A DNA stretch of 59,855 nt from an uncultured Sphingomonadaceae bacterium (lineage in GTDB: Bacteria > Pseudomonadota > Alphaproteobacteria > Sphingomonadales > Sphingomonadaceae), in the NCBI GenBank assembly GCA_964612175.1, contig CAZTED010000001.1:2378-62232 (forward strand), in the 5' to 3' direction. The notes beneath the pieces were generated by a model. It was not told the origin of the DNA, ran no database searches, and saw only the letters and a program-made list of their open reading frames with translations. The translations under genes and the position numbers were made by a program. Of this stretch, positions 1 through 9,679 are shown piece by piece (positions within the stretch are counted from its first letter, which is position 1; the number at the start of each line of letters is the position of its first letter).

Positions 1-3000
1 CACCGTGGTCGAGGTGTTGTTGCCGCCGGTGGTCAGCAATGCGTTCAAGGTCAGGGTGCCGGCACCGGCGAGCGAGCCGATTGTCTCGTTGCCGCTGATC
101 GTCAAAAGGCCGTTGTTGGTGATCGCGGGGTTGGCGGTAAAGGTGCCGCCATCCAGCACAAGGGTCCCGTCCTCGCCAATACTCACCACCGACGAGGCCA
201 GGGTGGCCGTAAAGAAGCCCGGTGTATCCAGCAGCGTCAGCGAACCGCCGTTGATGGTGGTCGAACCAGTGTAGTCATAAAGCCCGCGGAAGGTATGCGC
301 CCCTCCCTCGATCACTAGGCTACCCTGGCCACTGATGCCGCCCCGGTTCAGATATGACGGGATCGCGTCGTATTCGCCGGTCAGCGTCAGCACGGTGCCT
401 GTACCGGTCAGCCGCAGAACGGACTCGCGCCGCGCGCCGCCAAGGAAGGCGACTGTTTCCGATCCGGTAAACTCGACCAGCGATGGCTGGGATTCGCTCC
501 CCCGGTAGAAGACCAGCGCATTGCGCGACAAGGCGCCGCCATCGGTTGTGAATGTGCCCAGGAAGTCGGCCCCGACCACGCTGGCTCCCGTAACGGCGTC
601 GCCCGTCAGGCTGAGCGCGCCATTGCTGCCGAACATCTGTCCGGTGAAGCCCGACCAGTCACCCGTCAGGTTCAGCGATCCGCCGCCTTGCACATTCAGT
701 TGGCCCGCCCCGGTGCCCTTGCCGGAATAGGTTGTGTCGACATCACCAGTCACGGCCAGATATTCTTCGATCGTGACGGTCATCTTGTCAGCCGCAGCGC
801 CGCCCGAAAGGGAGCGCACAAATGCAAAGCCGCCAACCTTGAACGTAGCCTCGTTCAAGGTGTTGCTGCTGCCAACGATGACATCGATTTCGCCGAGTGA
901 GCAACAGGTGGTCGACGTCCGAACCGTCAGTGTGCCTTCGGTTATCGTCAGATCGCCGGTAAAGGATGGGTTGCTGGTCAGCACCAGTTCGCCCGCGCCG
1001 ATCTTCTCCAGCGGCCGCGCGCCGCCGGTTTCGGAAATCACGCCCGATTGGGTCGCGCTGCCGGTCAGCACCTGCAGCTGCGTGGTGTTGGAATTGAGCG
1101 TGATCGGCGTGGCCATGGTCACGCCGTTGGCATAGTCGATCACCGATCCGGTGGTGGTGATCCGCCCTGCCGCGCCGCCCGCAGCGTTGTTGCTGGCAAG
1201 GCGCAGGGTTCCGCCCGCCACGGTGATGCCGCCATCGATCGTATTGTTGCCCGACAGCGTCAGCGTTCCCGTACCCTGCATGGTCAGCGTTCCGCTGCCG
1301 CTGATGACGTTGCCGACAGTGAAAACATCCGACCGGTCGAACACCAGCGCGCCATTGTTGATAACCTCGCCGCTGCCCAGCGTGCCGGTTGTGCCGCCAT
1401 TGCCGATCTGCAGCGTGCCGCCGCTGATCGTGGTGGTGCCGGTGTAGCCGTTGTTACCCGTGAGGGTGAACGTACCTGTGCCGGTCTTGACGAGGCTGCC
1501 GGTAGAAAGGATCTGGCCGGAATAGCTGGTGTTCGAATTGTTGCCCCCGGTCGTCAGGGTCGAATTGTTGAACAGGGCAATCGAACCTTCGCCCGCGATC
1601 GAGCCGATGGTCTCGCTGGCGTCCAGCGAGAAGCGACCCAACCCGACTCCCGTGATTGCCACGGAATCCTCGATCGCACTTCCGCCCGTCACCTGCAGGA
1701 CACCCGCGTTGATCGTGACCGGGCCGGTAAAAGTATTTTTGCCGGCGAGCTGGACCTGCCCGGTGCCATTCTTGATCAGGCCGCCGATCCCGCTCAGCGC
1801 GGAATTCAGGAAGATCGTGGAGTTACCGAGGGTATTGAGGGTCAGCACGGCATTGCCGAGCGCCCCGAAGGTCGCCCCCCGGAAACGGATCAGCTGTAAG
1901 TTCTGGACGCTGACCGACCCGTCTGCCTCGAGGACCATATTGCCATCGAGGTTAACCGACGCGAGCGCATTCAACGCGCCAACGCCGCCCGCCCCGGTTC
2001 CTCTGAAATTGATGGCTTCGGCAATGGTTGCACCCGTGCCGAACGCCAGCGTTGCGCCGTCTGCGACCGTGGTCCCGCCGACAGTGTTGCCCAATGCGCC
2101 ACCAGCGGTGATGGTCAGCGTGCCTCCCGAAACGGTCGTCACCCCCGAATAGGTGTTCGCGCCACTCAGCGTCAGATTTCCCGCACCCTGCTTGGTCAGC
2201 GTTCCGCTGCCGCTGATGACGTTGCCGACAGTGAAAACATCCGACCGGTCGAACACCAGCGCGCCATTGTTGATAACCTCGCCGCTGCCCAGCGTGCCGG
2301 TTGTGCCGCCATTGCCGATCTGCAGCGTGCCGCCGCTGATCGTGGTGGTGCCGGTGTAGCCGTTGTTACCCGTGAGGGTGAACGTGCCTGTGCCGGTCTT
2401 TGCCAGGTTCCCACTGCCGACAATGCTGTTCGGACCGGTCCCTGCATAGATAGTCGACGTGTTGTTGGTCCCGGTCGTCAACGTGACACCGCTCGTCAAG
2501 ATCACCCGACCGCTGCCCGCCAGCGATCCGATGGTTTCGGTGCCTGAGACACCGAGCACGGCGCCATCAGCCACGGTCACCGCGACTGAATCGGCCAGTG
2601 CCGCCCCGTTCCTGAGCGAGATATCTCCGCCATTGAGCGTTACAGGCCCTGTGAACAGGTTTGTCCCGGCCAGATCGAGCAGGCCAGGACCGTTCTTGAT
2701 GAGGCCGCCGGTCCCGGAAATCCCGACTCCGACGCGTGTCGTGGAATTGCCGGTCTCTTCCGAATTGAAGGTGAGCGTGGAGCCGCCCAGCTGGATGCCA
2801 GAACCGGTAAAGCTCAGCAGCATGCGGTCGGTGTTCGTGATCGTCGCATCGGCTGTCAGCGTGACGCCGCCCGCCAGATTGACCCCCTGAAAGCCCGGAT
2901 TGGCATCGGGTTCCACTCGGATCGCGCCGATGCCGCCTTGGCCAGTGCCGCTGATTGTCAGCGCGTCAGTAATATTACGCGTCGCCGATGATGACCCGGT

Positions 3001-3432
3001 GATCAGCAGGCTCGCCCCACTGCTTACAGTCGTCCCGCCTGCGCTGCTGCCGAGCGCGTCCGAGCTGGCGACCCTGAGCGTCCCGGCAGAAACAAGCGTA
3101 TTGCCAGTATAAGTGTTCGCGCCCGACAGCGTCAGCGTGCCCGTGCCCGCCTTGTTGAGGCTGAGCGGCCCCAGACTGTCGTTGAGGGTGCCTGTATAAG
3201 GGGGCAGAACCGCCGCGGTGTCGACCGTCAAGGTGCCATTGGTAATGACCGTTGCATTGTCGATCGGCAGTGCGCTCAAATCGTCGACAACGAGTTCGCC
3301 GCCGCCGATGTCGAAAGTCTGCGCCTGGACCGGAACCGCAGCGATCGCTGCCACCAGTGAAGTTGAAACCAGCAGGTTGCGGGCAAAGCGGGTGCGGGCG
3401 CAGGTGTGCACCGGGTCGGCGACGTGAAGCAT
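1..3432 (-). CDS. Autotransporter-associated beta-strand repeat protein (5' part; runs off the left edge)
   Basis: ATG at 3432, signal-peptide-like N-terminus (RNLLVSTSLVAAIAAVPVQA), repeated motifs of the KAGTGTLTLSGANTYTG type. The same frame still reads as repeat protein at position 1. Not in the ORF track, consistent with no stop inside the window; the + strand ORFs here are antisense shadows. Confidence 0.88.
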   Translation of the reverse strand, partial: MLHVADPVHTCARTRFARNLLVSTSLVAAIAAVPVQAQTFDIGGGELVVDDLSALPIDNATVITNGTLTVDTAAVLPPYTGTLNDSLGPLSLNKAGTGTLTLSGANTYTGNTLVSAGTLRVASSDALGSSAGGTTVSSGASLLITGSSSATRNITDALTISGTGQGGIGAIRVEPDANPGFQGVNLAGGVTLTADATITNTDRMLLSFTGSGIQLGGSTLTFNSEETGNSTTRVGVGISGTGGLIKNGPGLLDLAGTNLFTGPVTLNGGDISLRNGAALADSVAVTVADGAVLGVSGTETIGSLAGSGRVILTSGVTLTTGTNNTSTIYAGTGPNSIVGSGNLAKTGTGTFTLTGNNGYTGTTTISGGTLQIGNGGTTGTLGSGEVINNGALVFDRSDVFTVGNVISGSGTLTKQGAGNLTLSGANTYSGVTTVSGGTLTITAGGALGNTVGGTTVADGATLAFGTGATIAEAINFRGTGAGGVGALNALASVNLDGNMVLEADGSVSVQNLQLIRFRGATFGALGNAVLTLNTLGNSTIFLNSALSGIGGLIKNGTGQVQLAGKNTFTGPVTINAGVLQVTGGSAIEDSVAITGVGLGRFSLDASETIGSIAGEGSIALFNNSTLTTGGNNSNTSYSGQILSTGSLVKTGTGTFTLTGNNGYTGTTTISGGTLQIGNGGTTGTLGSGEVINNGALVFDRSDVFTVGNVISGSGTLTMQGTGTLTLSGNNTIDGGITVAGGTLRLASNNAAGGAAGRITTTGSVIDYANGVTMATPITLNSNTTQLQVLTGSATQSGVISETGGARPLEKIGAGELVLTSNPSFTGDLTITEGTLTVRTSTTCCSLGEIDVIVGSSNTLNEATFKVGGFAFVRSLSGGAAADKMTVTIEEYLAVTGDVDTTYSGKGTGAGQLNVQGGGSLNLTGDWSGFTGQMFGSNGALSLTGDAVTGASVVGADFLGTFTTDGGALSRNALVFYRGSESQPSLVEFTGSETVAFLGGARRESVLRLTGTGTVLTLTGEYDAIPSYLNRGGISGQGSLVIEGGAHTFRGLYDYTGSTTINGGSLTLLDTPGFFTATLASSVVSIGEDGTLVLDGGTFTANPAITNNGLLTISGNETIGSLAGAGTLTLNALLTTGGNNTSTTV
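1281..1488. repeat. Intragenic direct repeat, copy 1 (208 bp)
   Basis: Matches 2193-2400 with one mismatch seen; offset 912 bp (in frame). Confidence 0.9.
2193..2400. repeat. Intragenic direct repeat, copy 2 (208 bp)
   Basis: Near-identical to 1281-1488. Confidence 0.9.
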
Positions 3433-3556
3433 GCAGTAGTGATCCCCAAGAAACCGGGGCGCCACCGCAACTGGCGAAAGCAGGCCCTGGTTAACCTATG
3501 TTAAAGGCGGGCCTCTTCCGCGCAAGTCTTTGTTGCGCGGGCAAGTATGGGACTTT

Positions 3557-3593
3557 CGGCCAAGGTCATCCGGCCAAGGTCATCCGGCCGAGG
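3557..3593. repeat. Short tandem repeat (cggccaaggtcatc x2 plus a partial copy)
   Basis: 14-bp unit at 3557-3570 and 3571-3584, degenerate third copy following. Confidence 0.75.
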
Positions 3594-3643
3594 CAAGGGT
3601 CACGAAGGGATGCCGAGACGGGCCACGGATCATGGAAAAGTGC

Positions 3644-3717
3644 TGGAGCGGGTGAGGGGAATCGAACCCCCGTCGTCAGCTTGGGAAGCTGCTGCTCTAC
3701 CATTGAGCTACACCCGC
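3644..3717 (-). tRNA. tRNA-Gly (anticodon CCC)
   Basis: Reverse complement GCGGGTGTAGCTCAATGGTAGAGCAGCAGCTTCCCAAGCTGACGACGGGGGTTCGATTCCCCTCACCCGCTCCA: cloverleaf, GTTCGA T-loop, CCA end. Confidence 0.97.
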
Positions 3718-3949
3718 AGGGTGGCTGGCGATTGCCATGGGCGGTGCAGGCGGTCAATCCCCCGCGCGCCCTGCCTGACCCCACCCGGCGAAGGAACCAC
3801 AGCCACCATCTGTGCGTTTTTTGCAGCACTTCGTAATTGTCCCGCATTGACGGGTGGCACCCTTGGCCGAGTCTGGTTATGGAGCCGATTCGATGGGCCC
3901 TTTGCTGGGGAGCTTTGAGCGGGCCCGCTGGATCTAAAGGAGCTTGATC

Positions 3950-4837
3950 ATGCCTCTGGTGAACATGAAGCCGCTGCTGCGCCACGCAATGGACAACCAT
4001 TACGCCGTCGCCGCATTCAACCTGGTGGACTACAACACCACCAAGGCCATGGTGAAGGCCGCAGAAGGCCTCAACGCGCCGGTGATCTGCCAGACCTCGT
4101 CGAAGACCATCAAGTACTACAGCCACAAGGAAATCGTCTCCTGGGTGCGCACCGTGGCTGAAGATTCGCCGGTGCCCGTGGTGCTCCACCTCGACCACTG
4201 CCATGACATCGCCATGATCGAGGAATGCGCCCGCGCTGGCTGGACCTCGATCATGATCGATGCGTCCGAACTGCCGTTCGAGGAGAACCTGGCGCAGTCC
4301 AAGAAGGTGCGTGACATCGCCGAGAAGTATGGCGTGGGCATGGAAGCCGAACTGGGCCAGATCATGGGCGTGGAAGACGACATGGTGGTTGCAGAGGACG
4401 ACAGCGTCCTGACCGACCCGGAAGACGCCAAGCGCTTCTGCGATGCGCTGGACCTGTCCGCCTTCGCCTGCGCCGTGGGCACCGCACACGGCTACTACAA
4501 GGGCGAACCCAAGGTCGATTTCGACCGCATTGCCGCGATCAACACCCTGACCCGTACGCCGATGGCCCTGCACGGCGGCACCGGCCTGTCGGACGAGACC
4601 TTCGCCAAGGCGATCGCCCGCGGCGCGGCCAAGATCAACATCTCGACCAACCTCAAGCACGTGTGGGTCAAGAGCTTCGTCGACTATCACCTGGCCAACC
4701 CCAAGGATTTCGAGCCGCTGCGTGTGGGCGATGCCCAGTACCAGGCATGCAAGGCGATGTTCGCCGGCTTCATCGAGAAGTTCGGCGGCAAGGATCAGGG
4801 TGCCGCCTTCCTCCAGAGCCAGCTGCAGGCGGCCTGA
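3950..4837 (+). CDS. fba: Class II fructose/tagatose-bisphosphate aldolase
   Basis: LHLDH, MIDAS, VGTAHGYY, LHGGTG and KINIST motifs; AAGGAG RBS before ATG 3950. Confidence 0.92.
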   Translation: MPLVNMKPLLRHAMDNHYAVAAFNLVDYNTTKAMVKAAEGLNAPVICQTSSKTIKYYSHKEIVSWVRTVAEDSPVPVVLHLDHCHDIAMIEECARAGWTSIMIDASELPFEENLAQSKKVRDIAEKYGVGMEAELGQIMGVEDDMVVAEDDSVLTDPEDAKRFCDALDLSAFACAVGTAHGYYKGEPKVDFDRIAAINTLTRTPMALHGGTGLSDETFAKAIARGAAKINISTNLKHVWVKSFVDYHLANPKDFEPLRVGDAQYQACKAMFAGFIEKFGGKDQGAAFLQSQLQAA

Positions 4838-4854
4838 GGGGAGCGACGGGGAAC

Positions 4855-5583
4855 ATGATCAAGGCACTGATCTTCGATTGCGACGGCGTTCTCGTCGATA
4901 CCGAGCGTGACGCGCACCGCGTGGGCTTCAACCTGGCGTTCAGGGAATTCGGCATCGATGCCGAATGGAGCGTGGAGCTTTATGCAAGGCTCCTGCTCAC
5001 CGCCGGCGGCAAGGAGCGGATGACGGTCTATTTCGACGAGTTCGGCTGGCCCGAGGCGCAGGTTGCCCGGTTCGGCGGGCAGCAGGAACTGATCCTTGCG
5101 CTGCACAAGGAGAAGACCCGCCTTACTGCCGAGATCGTGGCGGACTTGCCGGTTCGCCCCGGCATCCTGCGGATCATCGACGAGGCGATGGCAGCGGGCG
5201 TACGGCTGGGCGTTTGCACCACGTCGAACCCCAAGTTCATCGATGCCGTACTCGACCTGTTCGGACCGGAGCGCAAGGCCGCCTTCGAGTTCGTCCATGC
5301 CGGGGACTGCGTGCCGAAGAAGAAGCCCGCACCCGACATCTACCTGCTGGCGCTGGAAACGCTGGGCCTGCCCGCATCAGACTGCATGGTGGTGGAGGAC
5401 AGCCGCAACGGCCTGCTCGCCGCCACCGGCGCGGGCATTCCCACGCTGATCACCACCAGCACCTATACCACGGACGAGGATTTTGCCGGGGCGGCGAAAG
5501 TGGTACCCGAACTGGGCGACGATCCCGTCCTTATTACCATTGCAGACCTGAACGCGCTCAACGCGGCTGCCAAGGCAGCCTGA
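4855..5583 (+). CDS. HAD-IA family phosphatase, CbbY-like
   Basis: FDCDGVLVDTERDAHR, GGKERM, KKPAPDIY and VEDSRNG motifs. Confidence 0.88.
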   Translation: MIKALIFDCDGVLVDTERDAHRVGFNLAFREFGIDAEWSVELYARLLLTAGGKERMTVYFDEFGWPEAQVARFGGQQELILALHKEKTRLTAEIVADLPVRPGILRIIDEAMAAGVRLGVCTTSNPKFIDAVLDLFGPERKAAFEFVHAGDCVPKKKPAPDIYLLALETLGLPASDCMVVEDSRNGLLAATGAGIPTLITTSTYTTDEDFAGAAKVVPELGDDPVLITIADLNALNAAAKAA

Positions 5584-5609
5584 AGAAGCGCGAGGGAGAG
5601 GAAAACCAC

Positions 5610-6272
5610 ATGACTGCCCTGACACTGGCCGACATAGAACAGGCGATCGACGTCACCTGCGACACCGTGATCCGCAACGAGAAATACTTCTCGGATCTCG
5701 ACGGCCTTGCCGGCGACGGCGATTTCGGCACCTCGCTCGCCACCGGCTTCCGGGTGATCAAGGCTGACCTGCCGACGATCGACAAGAGCGCGATCGGCGC
5801 CATGCTGCTGAAGATCTCGATGATCTGCTCCAAGCACGTCGGCGGCTCCTCAGGCCCGATCTGGGGCACCGGCTTCATGCGCGCGGGGATGGTGTCCAAG
5901 GGGCTGACCGAAGTGACCCACCAGCAGTTGACCGACATGGTCGGATCGGCGCTGGAAGGGATCATGGCCCGTGGCGGCGCCAAGCGCGGCGACAAGACGC
6001 TGCTCGATGCGCTGATCCCGATCCATGAGACGATGCAGGCGATGGACGGCAGCGACATGCGGGCCGTGCTCGCCGCCGTTGCCAGGGTGGCCGACGAGGC
6101 GATCGACGAGACCCGCAAGCTGGTGGCCCACCGCGGCCGCGCCAGCCAGGTGGGCGAGCGCAGTTCCAACACCCCCGATCCGGGCATCGTGGGCATTGCC
6201 ACCATCCTTGCCGACTGGTGCAAGCACTACGGTGTTGACTTTGTCCCGAATGCCCCTGAATTGAAGCGCTAG
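5610..6272 (+). CDS. dhaL: Dihydroxyacetone kinase subunit L (Dak2 domain)
   Basis: DGLAGDGDFG, GGSSGP, GDKTLLDAL, GRAS and DPG motifs. Confidence 0.9.
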   Translation: MTALTLADIEQAIDVTCDTVIRNEKYFSDLDGLAGDGDFGTSLATGFRVIKADLPTIDKSAIGAMLLKISMICSKHVGGSSGPIWGTGFMRAGMVSKGLTEVTHQQLTDMVGSALEGIMARGGAKRGDKTLLDALIPIHETMQAMDGSDMRAVLAAVARVADEAIDETRKLVAHRGRASQVGERSSNTPDPGIVGIATILADWCKHYGVDFVPNAPELKR

Positions 6273-6314
6273 GTTACCCAACCGCCGCAGTTTACCGGGA
6301 GAGAGAGACTCGCC

Positions 6315-7307
6315 ATGAAGAAATTCGTCAACAATCCTGCCGATTTCGTGCCTGAATTCATGTCCGGCGTGCTGGCCGCAAACGCGGACCTGCTCGAAGG
6401 CAACCTCGAATTCCAGATGATCAAGCGCAAGAATGTCGATGCCAGCAAGGTGGCGATCGTGCAGGGTTCGGGCTCGGGTCACGAACCGGCCCACGTCATG
6501 GCCGTCGGCCCGGGCATGCTGACCGCAGCCTGCCAGGGCCCGGTTTTCGCCGCCCCGCCGGTCGACGCCTGCTACGAGACGATCAAGGCGGTGGCCACCG
6601 ATGCCGGCGTGCTGGTGCTGGTCAACAACTACCAGGGCGATCGCATGGCCTGGGACATGGCCTGCGAAATGGCGGAAGCAGAAGGCATCCGCCTCAAGCA
6701 GTTCATCATCAACGATGACGTGGCGGTGCAGGATTCGCTCTACACCGTCGGCCGCCGCGGCGTGGCCGGCAACTTCTTCGTGATGAAGGCCGCCGGCGCC
6801 GCAGCCGAAGCCGGTGCCGATCTCGACGCGGTCTATGCCGTGGCGGACAAGGTCAACAAGAACGTGCGCACCATGGGCGTGGCGCTGACCAGCTGCATCC
6901 CGCCGGCCAAGGGCGACGTGATCTTCGAGATCGGCGATGACGAGATGGAAGTGGGCGTGGGCATCCACGGCGAACCGGGCCGCGAGCGCACCAAGATCAA
7001 GTCCGCCGACGAGATCACCCAGATCCTCTACTCCGCCGTGCAGAGCGACCTGCCGTTCCAGTCGGGCGACCGCGTGGCCCTGATGGTCAACGGCCTCGGC
7101 GGCACCCCGCCGGCGGAACTCTACGTGGTCTACAACAAGGCCGCCAAGCTGGCCGCCGAAACCGGCCTGACGATCGCCCGCAACTATGTCGGCGAATACT
7201 GCACCGCCATCGAGATGGCCGGTGTCTCGCTGACCATGCTGAAGCTGGATGCCGAGCTCGAGAAGCTGCTCGCCGCCCCGGCAGAGACTGCCTGCCGCAT
7301 CTTCTGA
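6315..7307 (+). CDS. dhaK: Dihydroxyacetone kinase subunit K (Dak1 domain)
   Basis: [22 protein letters not shown] and GVGIHGEPG motifs. Confidence 0.92.
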   Translation: MKKFVNNPADFVPEFMSGVLAANADLLEGNLEFQMIKRKNVDASKVAIVQGSGSGHEPAHVMAVGPGMLTAACQGPVFAAPPVDACYETIKAVATDAGVLVLVNNYQGDRMAWDMACEMAEAEGIRLKQFIINDDVAVQDSLYTVGRRGVAGNFFVMKAAGAAAEAGADLDAVYAVADKVNKNVRTMGVALTSCIPPAKGDVIFEIGDDEMEVGVGIHGEPGRERTKIKSADEITQILYSAVQSDLPFQSGDRVALMVNGLGGTPPAELYVVYNKAAKLAAETGLTIARNYVGEYCTAIEMAGVSLTMLKLDAELEKLLAAPAETACRIF

Positions 7308-7325
7308 TCGCGCCGGCTGGCCACG

Positions 7326-7363
7326 AAAAAGGCCCGGTCCCCATGCGGGGGCCGGGCCTTTTT
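7326..7363. terminator. Bidirectional rho-independent terminator
   Basis: AAAAA-GGCCCGGTCCCC-ATGC-GGGGGCCGGGCC-TTTTT between convergent genes. Confidence 0.88.
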
Positions 7364-7397
7364 CATGGCCGGACCAAAGGCCGGGCGCTTACACGGC

Positions 7398-8393
7398 TCA
7401 GCGCCCGCCAACCCGCGCGTCGGCGATGTCGACCACCTTCGGCGCCTGGGCGAAAAGCACGGCATAGGGATCGTCACCGGTTTCCATCTGGTGCGGTTCG
7501 GTCCCTTCCCGCACCGTGGTGCGGCGCATGTCGCGCTTGAGGTTGGCGTAATCGAATTCGCCGCCCCTGTGCATGGAGCACAGGTTATCCCAGATCACCA
7601 TGTCGCCGGGATTCCAGCTGACGCTGAAGATGTACTGGGGCTGCGTGCAGTGGGCAATCAGGTCCCGGATCAGCTTGCGCCCCTCGGCCTTGTCCATGCC
7701 TTCCACGTCCATCGTGTGCGCGGCAATGAACAGCGCCTTGCGGCCCGATCCCTTGTGCACGTGGACCAGCGGGTGGCGGGCCTTGGGCCGCGCGTCGATC
7801 TCCTCCTCGGCAATGTCGGCACCGGCCTGCTTGCGGCTCCACCACAGCGAATTGATGCCGACCTTCACGCCATCCGGGCCTTCGAGGAAATCCTTTGTTT
7901 CCTGCGGCAGGTCTTCATAGGCGCTGCGGGTATCGGCAAACCAGGTCTGCCCGCCTTCCGCAGGAACCTGGTGCGCCAGCAGCAGCGAATAGCTGGTGCG
8001 CTTTTCCATGAAGGCGCTGTCGGTGTGCCACAGGCGGTCGCCCTTGCGGTATTCGATCGCGGCGGGATCGCGCGTGATCTCGCCATCGACGTTGAGGTTG
8101 GAGGCATCGAACAGCTCGCGGAACGGCAGACGCATCTTCATGCCCTCGCGCGCCGGCACCCGCTCCAGGTAGCCGAAGTTCCGGCTGAACTGGACGTGCT
8201 GTTCGTCGTTCATGCCGGTATTGCGCCACACGGTGACGCCCCAGGTATCCATCGCGTCCGTCACCTGCCGCACCTCTGCAGGAGAGAGCGGCCTGGTCAG
8301 GTCCAGGCCCGAACATTCGGCCCCGAATCGCGGCAATATGGGCGTAACCTTGAGCACCTGGCAGATCCTTGCGTTGCTAACTATTGACCTCAT
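7398..8393 (-). CDS. TauD/TfdA family Fe(II)/2-oxoglutarate dioxygenase
   Basis: WHTD, GGQTWFAD, WDNLCSMHRG and MRRTT motifs; start codon uncertain. Confidence 0.9.
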   Translation of the reverse strand: MRSIVSNARICQVLKVTPILPRFGAECSGLDLTRPLSPAEVRQVTDAMDTWGVTVWRNTGMNDEQHVQFSRNFGYLERVPAREGMKMRLPFRELFDASNLNVDGEITRDPAAIEYRKGDRLWHTDSAFMEKRTSYSLLLAHQVPAEGGQTWFADTRSAYEDLPQETKDFLEGPDGVKVGINSLWWSRKQAGADIAEEEIDARPKARHPLVHVHKGSGRKALFIAAHTMDVEGMDKAEGRKLIRDLIAHCTQPQYIFSVSWNPGDMVIWDNLCSMHRGGEFDYANLKRDMRRTTVREGTEPHQMETGDDPYAVLFAQAPKVVDIADARVGGR

Positions 8394-8464
8394 ACCATCG
8401 TCGGATCGACATTGCGAGAGGGAGCGTTAGGATGGCGCGACGGGGGCCATGAAGGAGCAAGGCG

Positions 8465-8770
8465 ATGAGAATTCCCAGCTTGACCTGCGCCGGCGCACTG
8501 CTGCTGGCCGCCTGTGCCACCACAACGCCAGCCGGCGGGCGCGAGCCACCGCTTGCCGGCCCTGCGGGCGAATGCGATGCCAGCGGCGTGCAGGACCATG
8601 TGGGCCATCGTGCCAGTGCCGAGGCCGGGGCCACGCTGCTGCGCCTGACGGGTGCGCGCACCCTGCGCTGGGTGCCGCCGAATACCGCCGTCACGATGGA
8701 CTTCCGGCCCGATCGCCTTACTGTCTCCTATGACGAGAACATGGTGATCGAGAGGATATCCTGTGGCTGA
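8465..8770 (+). CDS. Peptidase inhibitor I78 family lipoprotein
   Basis: Lipobox LAAC; AVTMDFRPDRL ... ISCG C-terminus. Confidence 0.85.
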   Translation: MRIPSLTCAGALLLAACATTTPAGGREPPLAGPAGECDASGVQDHVGHRASAEAGATLLRLTGARTLRWVPPNTAVTMDFRPDRLTVSYDENMVIERISCG

Positions 8771-9176
8771 CGATATTGGTCCGCATGACGGCCGCCAGCG
8801 CATCCCGCCGCTCAGCGCCTTCGAGGAAAGCGCCAGGTTCACCCGCGCCATCCGCGTGGGCGAGCGCATTATCGTCGCCGGCAATATCGGGGTGGAAGCG
8901 GACGGATCGATCAGCCCCGATGCCGGGCGGCAGGCGGAACGCTGCTTCGAACAGATCATCGACTACATCCAGCAACTGGGCGGCCGGTCGGACGATATCG
9001 TGCGTGTGCGCATGTTCGTGACCGACATTGCCGATGCCATGGCGGTCACCGATGCCTTCACCGCTGCCTGCGGCCACGCCCGCCCCGCCGGAACGCTGGT
9101 GGCGATCAGCGCGCTGGCAGGCCCCGCCTTCAAGGTGGAAATCGAGGCCGAAGCCATCGTGGGCGCGGGGCAGTGA
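8763..9176 (+). CDS. RidA/YjgF family protein
   Basis: RAIRVG, DIVRVRMFVTD, RPAGT and KVEIEAEA motifs. Confidence 0.85.
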   Translation: MADDIGPHDGRQRIPPLSAFEESARFTRAIRVGERIIVAGNIGVEADGSISPDAGRQAERCFEQIIDYIQQLGGRSDDIVRVRMFVTDIADAMAVTDAFTAACGHARPAGTLVAISALAGPAFKVEIEAEAIVGAGQ

Positions 9177-9180
9177 CATA

Positions 9181-9639
9181 GTGAACCTTGGCGACACTTT
9201 GCATGAGCGAAGGTGGCGGACCGTGGTGTCCGCCGCTCTGCTGGCGGCCTGGGCAGCTTCCCTCCCCCTGCTGGTGGCAGTCGTCGACCATCGCGACCGG
9301 ATCGACGAATACCACGGGTGGGCTATCCTGCTGCTTGGGATCCTGGGGACGCTGATCGCCCAGGTGGGCTGGTGGGGGAACCCGATCCTGCTGGGTGCCT
9401 GCACGTTCCTCATGTTCAGCCGCAGGACACCGCGCAAGCGCACGCTGCTGGCGCTGGCGGTAGGGTTGCTGGTCTGCCTGGTCTCCAGCCTGCTCTGGCG
9501 TTCTGTCGTGGACGACAGCGGCATCTATCCCATTATCCGCTATGGCCCGGGTTATGTCCTGTGGTTGGCGACCGTTGCCATCTGTGCAGCGTGGCTGGCG
9601 CTGCTGGCCCTGACCAGGAAGGCACCGGAACCGACATGA
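9181..9639 (+). CDS. Hypothetical membrane protein (about 4 TM helices)
   Basis: Hydrophobic segments, WWGNP and YGPGYVLW; fills the gap within the operon. Confidence 0.65.
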   Translation: MNLGDTLHERRWRTVVSAALLAAWAASLPLLVAVVDHRDRIDEYHGWAILLLGILGTLIAQVGWWGNPILLGACTFLMFSRRTPRKRTLLALAVGLLVCLVSSLLWRSVVDDSGIYPIIRYGPGYVLWLATVAICAAWLALLALTRKAPEPT

Positions 9640-9679
9640 TGGCATCGATCCCGCCCTTCCGCAGGAAGCTGCAACACCC

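Noticed and set aside
5..3427. Many + strand ORFs rich in Val/Pro/Ser
   Set aside because: Antisense shadows of the minus-strand autotransporter gene.
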